Source of the DNA: a virus
DNA: 64,000 nucleotides
Strand: one strand, 5' to 3'
IMG/VR virus record: IMGVR_UViG_3300028025_003904
Coordinates: 56,105 to 120,104 of that record
Shown: piece by piece, positions 31,468 to 41,908 of the stretch
Layout of the letters: each line of letters begins with the position of its first letter
How positions within the stretch are numbered: the first letter of the stretch is position 1
Position numbers and translations under genes: made by a program
Notes under the pieces: model-generated
Databases searched by the model: none
What the model was told of the DNA's origin: nothing
The model's input: only the letters and a program-made list of their open reading frames with translations

Positions 31468-33287
31468 ATTTTAAATGTTTTGTTTGCGTTATTTTCATTT
31501 TTACCAAATCTAGATACAACATCTATTGGATTATTTGGATTTTCTTTATAGCAATAATCATCTAATCCCAATTCTTCAAATCGTTTAGCAATTCTTTCGT
31601 TGTAATGATACATAATGGTTCTTACTCTTCTTTGAATATCTGCTCTACTTAAATCATGTGTGTTTCTACCAGTTGTATTATTATAGATAAACTGAATATA
31701 ACACATTCTAGGTATTCGCATCATTAGTGTTCCCAAAAATGTTCTTACTAATAATTCATAATCATCTGCGATTGCTAAATCTCTGTTATGTCCACCAATT
31801 TGGAAATAGGTTTCTCTTCTCCAAGCTCTAATATGATTTGGAACACCTACAATATGACGAATTGTTTTTGGATTTATATTTGGTGCAATGCAAGAATCAA
31901 ATTTTATCCCACCTACATCAACACTTTCATATTTACCATAACCAAATGCAAACCCATTAGGATAGTGTAGTGAAGTCCAATTCTCATCACATTCAGCATT
32001 ATCGGTATAAAAGAAACCAATTTCCGGGTGAGTTTGTGATGCGGAAAAAAGATAATCAGTACAATCAGTAGTAAGGTAGTCATCGTGGTCTAATTCTGCT
32101 AATAAATATCCTCTACACAAAGTTGCGGCTCTATATTTACTTTCACCAATTATACCGCCACTCTTTTCTCTAAAATCATATACCTTAACTCTTGCATCGT
32201 TTTTAGCAATTTCTTCTGCAATTTTAAGTGTTTTACCACCATCTGTTGAATCATTTACCAATACCCATTCCCAATTAGTATAAGTTTGGTTTTGTAAAGA
32301 TTGATATGTTTTTAATAATTTTTCACCAGTATTATATATTGGAGTAAAATACGAAATCAATTGTGAAACATCGTTTTTTAAAATGTTTTCCATAGCACAA
32401 TGATATGCATGCTCACCGGTATTTCCATCAATGGTAGGAATAGTAATCCATTTATTACGAATTTGTAAGGGTTGATTTGCTAAATTTGGAAAATTTCTCC
32501 AATCGTCTGAAATGGTTACAATAGAATCTGGCTTTAACGATACAATTGTTTTTTCAATATCTACATCATTTTGCAATTGTAATGTAATTAAACTATCATC
32601 TTCGTAATCACCTATTTTGTACGATTTTAGTTGTACTTGTTCTCCTTTATTTATAAGTAAAACTTTTGGAACTTTTGCAGTTGGTGTAGTTTCTAACTGA
32701 TTGTAATAAGAAAGTTCTTTTGGAATGTAACTAAACCATTGTGGATTTTCTGCATAGATTTTATCTATTAAAATACCATCACCTGCGTAATCTCCTGTGA
32801 AACTATACTCATTAAATACACTATGGTGAAAAATTAGTTGGGCAATATCCACACCCTGATATTTCATATTTTCAGGTTTAGCTTCTCTTACATCTAAACC
32901 AGTAAAATCTTTACCATCCACATATTGATTTACAACAAATATTCTTTGCGTTCCATCACTTGCTTCAATTGCATTTGTAACCTCCGAAAAAAATTCGTGA
33001 TGAACTACATTATCATCATCTACTATTACAACAAAACCATCATCAAATGTTTTTGCTAAATCACTCATTTGTGGATACAAATAATCCGTACCATTACTAC
33101 TTACAAAATGTAATTTAATTTTTGGTGTATCTAATTTATTTAATAATTCTGCGGATATATCTTTTAATCTCGTAGTATCAAATAAAATATGCCATTGAAT
33201 ATCTCCGTTATAATTATCAAATATAGATACTCTTACTTTATCTAAATTATTTACTCTACTGCAACGTGTTATTATGTTAAATTTCAT
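31464..33287 (-). CDS. Tandem GT-A / GT2 glycosyltransferase
   Basis: N-terminal IVDDDN domain. C-terminal TPIYN...QTYTNWEWVLVNDS...ELDHDD...ADDYEL. Confidence 0.85.
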   Translation of the reverse strand: MKFNIITRCSRVNNLDKVRVSIFDNYNGDIQWHILFDTTRLKDISAELLNKLDTPKIKLHFVSSNGTDYLYPQMSDLAKTFDDGFVVIVDDDNVVHHEFFSEVTNAIEASDGTQRIFVVNQYVDGKDFTGLDVREAKPENMKYQGVDIAQLIFHHSVFNEYSFTGDYAGDGILIDKIYAENPQWFSYIPKELSYYNQLETTPTAKVPKVLLINKGEQVQLKSYKIGDYEDDSLITLQLQNDVDIEKTIVSLKPDSIVTISDDWRNFPNLANQPLQIRNKWITIPTIDGNTGEHAYHCAMENILKNDVSQLISYFTPIYNTGEKLLKTYQSLQNQTYTNWEWVLVNDSTDGGKTLKIAEEIAKNDARVKVYDFREKSGGIIGESKYRAATLCRGYLLAELDHDDYLTTDCTDYLFSASQTHPEIGFFYTDNAECDENWTSLHYPNGFAFGYGKYESVDVGGIKFDSCIAPNINPKTIRHIVGVPNHIRAWRRETYFQIGGHNRDLAIADDYELLVRTFLGTLMMRIPRMCYIQFIYNNTTGRNTHDLSRADIQRRVRTIMYHYNERIAKRFEELGLDDYCYKENPNNPIDVVSRFGKNENNANKTFKI

Positions 33288-34219
33288 TATCTTAAACTAG
33301 CTTCAAATCTGGAATTATGTTCTTCTAAATCTTTAAAATCTTTTGTACTATCGCAAAAATTACAAAAGGCTTCTCTTGGAAAAGTAAATCCGTATTTACA
33401 ATTTATAGCACAATTTGTTTCGTATCCACATCCTTTTATTTCTTCAACTACTTTATCAAAATTATCATCATAATGCCAATGGTCACAATGTACCATAATA
33501 CCATTTTTTAACCAAGCTGATTTTAGTTGTTTACCCAATGCTTCCGCTTGGATTTCAGCCTGTCCCCAATGTGTTGATGATTTTAATTCTGTTGGATTAC
33601 CATTTTCATCATAAAATTCTTTTAAAGGTAATATACCTAAATCATAATATGATGAATTTTTACGGATATGCGGGTTATTGGTATAATCTCTTTCTTTTAA
33701 TAAAACAAATTCATCTGTAACACTTTCTACATTTTTATCAGTAATCCAATATGCAAATCCAAATTGTCTGTTATCAACATCATGTTGATATTTTCGTAAT
33801 TGTATTTGTTCAATACCATTGGCTTCCATCATTTCCAATGAATCATTTAACCACTCACTATTAAATCCGGCTATTTGTTCGGGTAATGTAATCCAATCAC
33901 CCTCTAAAAATAAAGTATATTTGTAATCTCTACAATAATGATTTAATCTGTTTATACCAGCACCAACTCCCAAATTTTGATTTGATTGAATTGGTACAAT
34001 ATCTACTCTATCTTTCCATTTAGCTTGCAATTCATAGCAAGCATCTAATATCAATTTAGATTCACCATTTATCCATATAAACCATTTAAATCCACTACAA
34101 TTTGTTGATTGTAAAAATGTATTGATTGTAAGACTTAAAAATTTATCACGATTTAAACCATCGTGAGTTAAAGTTGCTATACAAAAATCTTTCATTTTGT
34201 TATTTATAAGGAGAACCAC
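33287..34219 (-). CDS. GT2-like glycosyltransferase with Cys-rich C-terminus
   Basis: NLGVGAGIN and LFLEGDW (DxD-like). True start may be the internal MKDFC. Confidence 0.6.
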   Translation of the reverse strand: MVLLINNKMKDFCIATLTHDGLNRDKFLSLTINTFLQSTNCSGFKWFIWINGESKLILDACYELQAKWKDRVDIVPIQSNQNLGVGAGINRLNHYCRDYKYTLFLEGDWITLPEQIAGFNSEWLNDSLEMMEANGIEQIQLRKYQHDVDNRQFGFAYWITDKNVESVTDEFVLLKERDYTNNPHIRKNSSYYDLGILPLKEFYDENGNPTELKSSTHWGQAEIQAEALGKQLKSAWLKNGIMVHCDHWHYDDNFDKVVEEIKGCGYETNCAINCKYGFTFPREAFCNFCDSTKDFKDLEEHNSRFEASLR

Positions 34220-34784
34220 CTACCCAAAGTACTAAACTTTTACGAGTCCCCTTTGTTACAGGTGTTACTCTATGTAATAAGAATGATGGAAATAAAACTG
34301 CTGCTCCTTTTTGTTTTGGCATTGTTTGAAAATCACCATCGGACCACATTTCTAAATCACCACCTTCGTAATCATCCGGGTCTGATAATTGAATTGTAAC
34401 ACTTATTTTTCTATGATTTATACTACCTGGTCCAATATCGGTATGCCAACCATAGTGACCGCCACCTTCATAGTATTCAGTATATTGTATTGAATCTATA
34501 ATAGAATGTAAGTTAAATTTCCATATTGCATTATTTGCTTCTATTGATAAATCTCTTATTCTATCATATACCCAAGCAGATTGACCATCGTGGTGCATCC
34601 ATTTAATTTTAGATTTTCTAAATTCAGTTGTATCACCTGCAATTGTACTTGCCGTTTCAAAACTATAACATTTTTGTAAATTACTTATCCACTCTAATTC
34701 TTGTTCGCTAAATGCAGAATCAAATGAATAATAATTAGTTTGGTCTATTGTATTATCAATACTATATATTGGGTATAATTGCAT
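34200..34784 (-). CDS. 2OG-Fe(II) oxygenase (PKHD/prolyl-hydroxylase-like)
   Basis: WHTD...RKIS.TIQLSDPDDYEGGD...FPSFLLHRVTPVTKGTRKSLV.W (HxD...H...R). Confidence 0.9.
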   Translation of the reverse strand: MQLYPIYSIDNTIDQTNYYSFDSAFSEQELEWISNLQKCYSFETASTIAGDTTEFRKSKIKWMHHDGQSAWVYDRIRDLSIEANNAIWKFNLHSIIDSIQYTEYYEGGGHYGWHTDIGPGSINHRKISVTIQLSDPDDYEGGDLEMWSDGDFQTMPKQKGAAVLFPSFLLHRVTPVTKGTRKSLVLWVGGSPYK

Positions 34785-34793
34785 ATTTATTTT

Positions 34794-35411
34794 TTATCTA
34801 AAAGTAGCTCCACCAACCCATAGTACTAAACTCTTACGAACTCCTTTTGTTACAGGTGTTACTCTGTGTAGTAAATAACTTGGGAATAGAATTACCGCAC
34901 CCTTTTGTTTTGGCGCTGTTACTTTTCCACCATGTGTCCAAATTTCAAAATCACCACCTTCGTAATCATCCGGGTCTGATAATTGGATTGTAATACTTAT
35001 TTTGCGATGATTTAATGGGTGTGGGCCAACATCTAAATGCCAATCGTATCCACCTTGCTCTTCGCCAGTATATTCCGTATATTGTATAGCATCTTTTATA
35101 GATGCTAAATCAAATTTCCAAAGATTAAAATTTGCTTCTAATACTTGTTGCATTATTTTTTCATACATCCACTCCGTTTTATCTGCTTCGGGTGGCATCC
35201 ACTTAATATTAGATGTTCGAATAGAGTTTTCTTCTTTTTCACCATCGTTATTTTCAATTTCACTTTGTACAAGTGCTTCTTTAAAATCATACAATTTTGA
35301 AATTCGTAACACATTACGGATTTCTACATTACTAAATCCTTTTTCAAACCAATAATAATCTGTTTGAATTAGGTTAGGGTTTTGGGGAAAGCTTGGGTAA
35401 AATTCTAGCAT
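34794..35411 (-). CDS. 2OG-Fe(II) oxygenase (PKHD/prolyl-hydroxylase-like), tandem paralog
   Basis: WHLD...RKIS...YEGGD...HRVTPVTKGVRKSLV. Confidence 0.9.
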   Translation of the reverse strand: MLEFYPSFPQNPNLIQTDYYWFEKGFSNVEIRNVLRISKLYDFKEALVQSEIENNDGEKEENSIRTSNIKWMPPEADKTEWMYEKIMQQVLEANFNLWKFDLASIKDAIQYTEYTGEEQGGYDWHLDVGPHPLNHRKISITIQLSDPDDYEGGDFEIWTHGGKVTAPKQKGAVILFPSYLLHRVTPVTKGVRKSLVLWVGGATFR

Positions 35412-35416
35412 AATAA

Positions 35417-36238
35417 TTATATTTTATATTTAAAGTAATCGTAAAACCATTTATATTTGTTGACAATATAGTTTGATGCGGTTTCTCCTAACACATCCAT
35501 ATAATCTTCTTTAGGAGGTGTAAATTTATTTCTTATAGAATGGTCCGCATATGCACCATACATTTGGTCATTTTCGTGTGTTAATTGCTGTATATTATTA
35601 AAATCGTGCTCATAATAAGGAATTTCCAAATATTCATATAATTCCTCCATTGTTTCTTTTGGAAACTGACAAAACTCTTCAAATTTAATAAAATGAATAT
35701 GTTTATCGTTTTTTTGTAAAATACATTCCCAAAGATTTTCTAATGGTAAATCAATCATATCTTCGTTTATCATATGGTCAATTCTTGTAATTGTTGAATT
35801 TCCCATTGGACGACTATAATCTGTAACATTAAAATCTAATAATGGATTTTTTCTGTATCGTTTCTCCATAGAAGAAAATATACTTCGTAAATCTCTAACC
35901 ATAACCACAATTTTTGGATTTGGGTCATATTCATTTACAAAATTATATTCACCCACCCAACCTTTAAATTTATCAATAGCATATGGTTTATCAGTTAAAC
36001 CACTATAATACCCATTTATTCCGTTTTTTAAAAAGGAAGTTAAACCTGGCATTAATTCTTTTTGATTTTGATTTTTAAATAGTACGTGATTTGTAAAAAT
36101 ATTACGAACTTGTAACATCATAACAAACACCCCAGATGTTGGGGATGGAAAAATATCAGGATTTTGACCTAATACATTTTGCAATAAAGTAGAACCACTT
36201 CTTGGAAAGGAAGCATTATAAAAGACTCTTTTTATCAT
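35417..36238 (-). CDS. PAPS-dependent sulfotransferase
   Basis: FPRSGSTLL (5'-PSB loop), MVRD...I.SS (3'-PB) and IKFEEFC..PKETME.LY.YL. Confidence 0.85.
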   Translation of the reverse strand: MIKRVFYNASFPRSGSTLLQNVLGQNPDIFPSPTSGVFVMMLQVRNIFTNHVLFKNQNQKELMPGLTSFLKNGINGYYSGLTDKPYAIDKFKGWVGEYNFVNEYDPNPKIVVMVRDLRSIFSSMEKRYRKNPLLDFNVTDYSRPMGNSTITRIDHMINEDMIDLPLENLWECILQKNDKHIHFIKFEEFCQFPKETMEELYEYLEIPYYEHDFNNIQQLTHENDQMYGAYADHSIRNKFTPPKEDYMDVLGETASNYIVNKYKWFYDYFKYKI

Positions 36239-36261
36239 TATAACTTTGATATATTATCTTA

Positions 36262-36293
36262 CAAATATACCACTTTTTTATTTAAAAACCAAA
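36262..36293 (-). promoter_or_regulatory. Bacteroidota-type promoter (TTTG-N20-TATATTTG) for the modification operon
   Basis: Exact consensus match upstream of the sulfotransferase. Confidence 0.7.
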
Positions 36294-36298
36294 TTATT

Positions 36299-36736
36299 TT
36301 ATGGATTGTTTTCTTGAGTTGGTGGTACATAATTTTCATCCATATATATCCACTCTCTTCTTTGCTCTACAAAAACCCAATAGTCTATACCATCAACAGG
36401 AACTTCCGGTTTTGCAAATTCTGGTTTTAATTCCCATTGATATGTAGTTGTATTTAATACATAACAAGGATTTTCGGGGTCTGTTAATAAAGGTATTGGT
36501 GCGTAAAATGCATCTGCTTCGGCATCGTAATGATAACCTAATGATGCATAATTATATCGTAAAGCAACTCCACCATCTGGTAAACCATCTTGTCCATAGT
36601 GTATCCCACCACGTGTATTATACGATGTTTGTATCCATAATGAAGGGTCTCCGTGTCTTTCGGAATCAATATCGGATTGCTCCGCTACGATTACATCTAC
36701 TACTATACCATCTTCTATTTTTGCAAAATGTCCCAT
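36299..36736 (-). CDS. Hypothetical protein (fibre/adhesin partner)
   Basis: MGHFAKI..GIV..VIV...WIQTSYN...RYNYA.LGY.YD...DAF; directly after the Gly-rich gene. Confidence 0.65.
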   Translation of the reverse strand: MGHFAKIEDGIVVDVIVAEQSDIDSERHGDPSLWIQTSYNTRGGIHYGQDGLPDGGVALRYNYASLGYHYDAEADAFYAPIPLLTDPENPCYVLNTTTYQWELKPEFAKPEVPVDGIDYWVFVEQRREWIYMDENYVPPTQENNP

Positions 36737-36760
36737 ATTATATTTTTACTTTTAATTCTA

Positions 36761-37711
36761 TTATGTCCATCTAATAACAACTTTTCCACTACCACCATTA
36801 CCTGCGCCAGGTGCTCCCGGTGTATTTGCCCAAGCATTTATTTTTCCACCACCGCCGCCGCTTCCACGTGAACCTTCACCATGTGTTGCATTTATTCCAT
36901 TCGGATTTGTTCCTGCACTACCTCTACCACCACCATTTCGTCCGTAACCTTCGTCTTGATTACCGTAACCTCCAGCTCCCCCACCTCCGCAGACGTTATA
37001 TCCAGTAGGACCGCCATATGGAAAATATGAACCACCATCTCCGCCTGGTCCTCCTCCACCATTACGTCTTGCTCGACCAGCTTGGACACCTCCGCCTCCA
37101 CCGCCTGAACCTTGACCAGCTCCTCCACCAGGACCTCCGGGATTACCTTGTGTACCATCACCCGCAGCTCCGCCATATGGTGCTCTACATCCACCACCAC
37201 CTGAACCACCGGGTGCTGTGGGTGCTAATCCAGCCCCGCCACCACCACCGGTTGCTTGAACGTTTCCTATGGATGAACCACCACCGGCAGAACCAGGTCC
37301 ACCAGATGGTGCGCCTGCGCCTCCACCACCAACGGTTACACTAACAGGTGATGCTATATAATAATTAGTTTCAACTCTACCACCGGCTCCACCGCCTCCG
37401 CCGCCATCGGTATTATCACCCCAACCGCCGCCACCGGCTCCAGCTACTACTAATGTACCAAATGTTTTTCCACCACCAGTTAAAAGTGTACCAGGTGAGT
37501 TCCACTCTGCAAAGTTATGTCCACCAGAGTTAAATGTATATGCTCCTTGTGCGTTAGCAAAAAATGATGAATATCCCCAAAACTCACTCATAGAGTCTGG
37601 AGAAGACCTTCCAATAGCAGCTGATAATGTTCGTAGTGAACTATTACTATTACTTCTAGATAACTCTGCGTTTATCTGTGAAATTGATATTGTTCCCGAT
37701 GGTAATGGCAT
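36761..37711 (-). CDS. Glycine-rich adhesin-like protein (gp38-like polyglycine motifs)
   Basis: VVAGAGGGG, GGGGAGG and GGSGKVVIRW. Locally GC-rich. Confidence 0.7.
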   Translation of the reverse strand: MPLPSGTISISQINAELSRSNSNSSLRTLSAAIGRSSPDSMSEFWGYSSFFANAQGAYTFNSGGHNFAEWNSPGTLLTGGGKTFGTLVVAGAGGGGWGDNTDGGGGGGAGGRVETNYYIASPVSVTVGGGGAGAPSGGPGSAGGGSSIGNVQATGGGGGAGLAPTAPGGSGGGGCRAPYGGAAGDGTQGNPGGPGGGAGQGSGGGGGGVQAGRARRNGGGGPGGDGGSYFPYGGPTGYNVCGGGGAGGYGNQDEGYGRNGGGRGSAGTNPNGINATHGEGSRGSGGGGGKINAWANTPGAPGAGNGGSGKVVIRWT

Positions 37712-37730
37712 AATATAATATTTTATTTAA

Positions 37731-38159
37731 CTATAAATATAAAACTTTTTTAATTTCTCTAAATGTTTCTCTCGGTTCACCATCTGTGCAAATTGAAATA
37801 AAGTCCTCTAATGGTTCTTCATAATTATCTACAAAGTATGTTTCCCTTCCTCTTTCTTTTGTAGTGTAAAGATATATTTCTTTTACATTACAATCTTTTT
37901 TTAATGCTTCACGAAGTTCTCTATAAGGTGCTACCATTGATATGATTACACCTTTATTTTCAGAGTCCAAATATCGAACTATATCAAATGATTTTTCAAT
38001 ATTTTTTAATCTTCCTTCTTTTGTATAATCGGTATTTGGAAATAACTTTCGCATCTTATCACCATCTATATGAAACATATGGTTTCCAAGATGCATTTGT
38101 AACATTTTTGCCATTGTAGTTTTTCCACTACCCGGCTGTCCTATGAATAAATAAATCAT
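37731..38159 (-). CDS. cysC: Adenylylsulfate (APS) kinase
   Basis: P-loop GQPGSGKTT, IDGD..R, DYT.EGR..NI, S.VAPY...R and YEEP. Confidence 0.8.
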   Translation of the reverse strand: MIYLFIGQPGSGKTTMAKMLQMHLGNHMFHIDGDKMRKLFPNTDYTKEGRLKNIEKSFDIVRYLDSENKGVIISMVAPYRELREALKKDCNVKEIYLYTTKERGRETYFVDNYEEPLEDFISICTDGEPRETFREIKKVLYL

Positions 38160-38181
38160 AACTCTATTTTAATTATAAACA

Positions 38182-38213
38182 TAAAGTTACGATTTATTCT
38201 TCACAATTCCAAA
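38182..38213 (-). promoter_or_regulatory. Bacteroidota-type promoter (TTTG-N20-TAACTTTA)
   Basis: Near-consensus match with 20-nt spacing, upstream of the APS kinase. Confidence 0.55.
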
Positions 38214-40250
38214 TTATTTATTCTTTAATTCGTCTAATTCAGCTTTCAATTCTTTGATTGCTTCTATAATAAGTGGAACAATCTTTTCGTATTTAACCGT
38301 TAAGTAGTTCTCACCCGATTTAGATATAATTTCACCACTTTCTAATACTAATCTATCTATTGGTGCTAATACTACTACCTCTGGTAATACTTCTTGTACC
38401 TCTTGTGCCGATACTCCGACTTGTTGCTCATCTGTTGTATAACCCAATGATTTAGCCACATCACTATTTGTGTAGTGGAAACCATTTAATTGTTGTACTT
38501 TTGATAATGCGTTTTCAATATTACCAATTCTTACTTTTAATCTATCGTCAGATGAATATGCCGTAATATCACCAGTTGCAGTAATTGCTCCTTGTACCGC
38601 TATACCTCCGGTGAATGTACCACCACCAAATGGGTTTCCAGTTGGTCCAGTTGGTCCAGTTGCTCCTGTTGGGCCTGTTGCTCCTGTTGGTCCTTGTCTA
38701 CCTTGTGGGCCTGTTGGTCCAGTTGGGCCTGTTGCTCCCGTTGCTCCTTGTGGTCCAGTTGCTCCCGTTCCACCCGTTGCTCCTTGTGGTCCAGTTGCTC
38801 CCGTTCCACCCGTTGCACCTTGTGGTCCAGTTGGTCCTTGTACTCCGTTTGCACCATTAGAGCCAGTTGCTCCAGATGTACCAGAAGTGGATGCTATGTA
38901 AGATGTTCCATTTATAGTTAAATCACCAACTACACCAATTGAACCACTAACTCCTAAAGAACCAGTTATTTGAGTTGCCGATACTATGTTTACCAATGTA
39001 CCATTATCTGTAATGTTTGAGTTAGCAACGTGCTCTCTCCCACCACCTTTTAATAAACTATTAGCCGTAGGGTATGTTTCATTACCTAAATCATTATATG
39101 TTTCTGGTCCTACCAAAAATACAGATGATGTTACAATAGTACCATCTCCTCTGTGTACAAATATAAATTCATCTAAAACTGAATCATAAAGGAATGAACC
39201 AGAACCACCCGTTGAACCACTATCTACTGAAACTACACCTGAAAATCTAACTGCTGGATTATCGGTATTTAATATTACTGTGTTTGTCCCAATACTTACC
39301 GCAGATGCAGTAATGTTTTGTACCGATGATGAACCTTGTACTACGAAATTAGAACTAACAAAAAGAGAACCAGTAATTACTTGAGTTCCAGTAAATGTAT
39401 TATCACCACTTAATTTAGCGTAAGTCGTTACTGCACTACCACTATATGCGGATGCTGATGCAAATGCTCCAGCTGCTGCTTGCGTAGCAGTTGTGATATT
39501 ATCAGTTTGAGTATTATTTGTTGTTGCAATACTTGCACTTAAAGCAGTTTCACCTGCTAAACTTGCAGAGAATGATGTTGCTGCACTAGCACTATAAGCA
39601 GATGCGGAAGCAAATGCCCCAGCTGCCGATGCAGATGCTGCAGTAATGTTGGTATTAGCTGATTGTGTGTAATCGTTGAATGAACCAGTAGTTGCGTAGA
39701 TTTGTGCTACACCAGCTGATGATGAATTTGCTACTTGTTGAGTAACGTTTCCATTACCATCTACTACGTTGATTGAACCAGTTGTGATTTGAATATTACC
39801 AATTTGAATACCACCACCCGCAATACCATTGATTGTGGTTACTACCTGATTTGTAGTTGGGTCAACCATTTTGATTGAAGCAGTAGAAATGTAAAGGTCT
39901 CTCCACATTTTTGTTTCACTACCTAAATCAAATGCGTTATCATTTGAAGGTATAAGAGATGAACTTAAACTAGCTACAACATTTACACTATCAGATGTAT
40001 TATCACCGATTGTAATGTTTCCACCCAATGTAAGGTTTCCATCTACTTTAGCATTACCAGTAATATTTAATGAAGAACCCGATATTCCACCGAATACTGC
40101 ACTACTACCTGTACCTGCTATTGCCAATGTTACATCACCACCGTCTAATCCGATTTGTAATGTCTGTAAATCTGTGTTTACATATGGTTCTCCGAATTGG
40201 AGTGAACCTGATTTCTGCGAGTTATTACCGCGTCTAAATTTAAGTGCCAT
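38214..40250 (-). CDS. Fibre protein with collagen repeats and S74 chaperone
   Basis: LKFRRG...L.FGEPYVNT start, GXY run, then SDDRLK...VGVSAQEV...[14 protein letters not shown]. Confidence 0.85.
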   Translation of the reverse strand: MALKFRRGNNSQKSGSLQFGEPYVNTDLQTLQIGLDGGDVTLAIAGTGSSAVFGGISGSSLNITGNAKVDGNLTLGGNITIGDNTSDSVNVVASLSSSLIPSNDNAFDLGSETKMWRDLYISTASIKMVDPTTNQVVTTINGIAGGGIQIGNIQITTGSINVVDGNGNVTQQVANSSSAGVAQIYATTGSFNDYTQSANTNITAASASAAGAFASASAYSASAATSFSASLAGETALSASIATTNNTQTDNITTATQAAAGAFASASAYSGSAVTTYAKLSGDNTFTGTQVITGSLFVSSNFVVQGSSSVQNITASAVSIGTNTVILNTDNPAVRFSGVVSVDSGSTGGSGSFLYDSVLDEFIFVHRGDGTIVTSSVFLVGPETYNDLGNETYPTANSLLKGGGREHVANSNITDNGTLVNIVSATQITGSLGVSGSIGVVGDLTINGTSYIASTSGTSGATGSNGANGVQGPTGPQGATGGTGATGPQGATGGTGATGPQGATGATGPTGPTGPQGRQGPTGATGPTGATGPTGPTGNPFGGGTFTGGIAVQGAITATGDITAYSSDDRLKVRIGNIENALSKVQQLNGFHYTNSDVAKSLGYTTDEQQVGVSAQEVQEVLPEVVVLAPIDRLVLESGEIISKSGENYLTVKYEKIVPLIIEAIKELKAELDELKNK

Positions 40251-40304
40251 TTAGTTTACCTTTTTTTTAGTTATGTACCCTTATAAATATAAAGTTTTTT
40301 TTTA

Positions 40305-41072
40305 TTAAACGTTAAAATCTAAATCTCCGCTATTATTTATATATTTAGCAAGATGCATATAGTTGGCAGTAATACTGCCAGTTGTTATATTCATTGTATT
40401 TGCACTCATAGATAAGTAAGTTGTACTTGCAATTATTACTTGCATCGAGTCTGTTTGTGCAACTACTTGAGTGTTTGATGATATATCTTCTATAAACCCA
40501 ACAGTACCTGCTACCGATGGTTCTAAATTAAAATCAAATGTATTATTGCCACCAGCAGATGCACTAACTATTCTAGCATCTAGTGATGAACTGAAATCGG
40601 TTAGATTACCAACTCCGGTAAATGTTGATGCAGATACTGAACCAGTTATATTTACTGAACCTGTAAAATCATGTGTATCATCTAATGTATCACCAAACTT
40701 TGTTGAACCGCTTTGATAAATAACCGATGATGAAACTACTGATATATTGAATTGTCTTGCATTAATTGCTCCTAATACAGTCAATTCATCCGTTACTAAT
40801 TGAGAGCCACTAATTATAGTTGTCCCGTGATTTACGGTAAGAGTATCATTAACTTTTAATGAGGAGAATGAACCAGTCCCATTTAGAGTTAGGGAGCCAG
40901 TAATTGTAGAGTTTGTTGTTAATATTTCTTGTATAGACTCAACGGAACCTGAACGTTTGAAGAATACTTTACCATCGTAAGTATTGATTGCCACCTCTCC
41001 CAAGTTCAAAGAACCTGTATCTGGCACTTTTCCAGCTAAACCGGAACGCTTTAGTATAATGTTTTGAGCCAT
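40305..41072 (-). CDS. Ser/Thr-rich structural (fibre) protein
   Basis: ILKRS...L.LGEVAINTYDGK start and SGSTKFGDTLDDTH.FTGS module. Confidence 0.7.
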   Translation of the reverse strand: MAQNIILKRSGLAGKVPDTGSLNLGEVAINTYDGKVFFKRSGSVESIQEILTTNSTITGSLTLNGTGSFSSLKVNDTLTVNHGTTIISGSQLVTDELTVLGAINARQFNISVVSSSVIYQSGSTKFGDTLDDTHDFTGSVNITGSVSASTFTGVGNLTDFSSSLDARIVSASAGGNNTFDFNLEPSVAGTVGFIEDISSNTQVVAQTDSMQVIIASTTYLSMSANTMNITTGSITANYMHLAKYINNSGDLDFNV

Positions 41073-41147
41073 ATGTATGGAACGTATTGGTGTTATTTAA
41101 CAAGAAAAATGTAGTATATACTACCTATATAAATATATAATAAAAAA

Positions 41148-41173
41148 TAAAACCTTCCAAAATTTGGAAGGTT
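41148..41173 (-). terminator. Rho-independent terminator
   Basis: AACCTTCCAAA/TTTGGAAGGTT inverted repeat plus T-run. Confidence 0.65.
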
Positions 41174-41205
41174 CTATCTTACTTTACCTTTTAATAAATT
41201 ATTTT

Positions 41206-41838
41206 TTAGAATGTTCCAGCATCTATACCAGCTTCTACTGCTGCTAATCTACTTGCTACTGAACCAGAGAATGCTAATACATCACCAATACCATATAAAG
41301 AGCCACTAAAACCATACGTGTCTGTTATTTCTGCAAACTTTGTACCATTTTTTCTAAACTCAATTGATGCGGTAGTTGGTGTAATGTTATATATCGTACT
41401 ACCACTATTTTCTAAATACCCAACATACCCCGCCGATGGGTCTGTGTTAAAGTCATAGTTGTTAGCTGCTGATATAACAACATTTGTTAATTTACTACCA
41501 TCTCCAACGAATGCTGAAGCAGTAACAGAACCACCAAAGTCTATATCACCTAAACCAACTATATCACCATTTACATAGATACTACCCGTTACATCTAAAT
41601 CTTGTCTTACAACAAGCTCACTAAATGAACCAGTACCTATTATATTTATATTACCAACAGTATCACTATTAGTAACAACTAACTGCTCTATACTTTGAGC
41701 AGAACCTGATTTATGAATATACGCCTTACCATCGTAGGTGTTTAATCCAATCTCACCAACAAAAAGTGTTGATGTGGTTGGTAAACTACCCGATACTGCG
41801 GAGCGTCTTTGTAATATTTTTTGATTTGGTACAGCCAT
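41206..41838 (-). CDS. Ser/Thr-rich structural (fibre) protein, paralog of 40305..41072
   Basis: ILQRRS...L.VGEIGLNTYDGK start; ends IDAGTF. Confidence 0.7.
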   Translation of the reverse strand: MAVPNQKILQRRSAVSGSLPTTSTLFVGEIGLNTYDGKAYIHKSGSAQSIEQLVVTNSDTVGNINIIGTGSFSELVVRQDLDVTGSIYVNGDIVGLGDIDFGGSVTASAFVGDGSKLTNVVISAANNYDFNTDPSAGYVGYLENSGSTIYNITPTTASIEFRKNGTKFAEITDTYGFSGSLYGIGDVLAFSGSVASRLAAVEAGIDAGTF

Positions 41839-41872
41839 TTTATTTTTTATTTTATCAGTTCATTTATTTATT

Positions 41873-41904
41873 AAAAATAACCCCCCATTTCTGGGAGGTT
41901 ATTT
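41873..41904 (-). terminator. Rho-independent terminator
   Basis: AAATAACCCCCC/GGGAGGTTATTT imperfect stem plus T-run. Confidence 0.55.
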
Positions 41905-41908
41905 GTTA

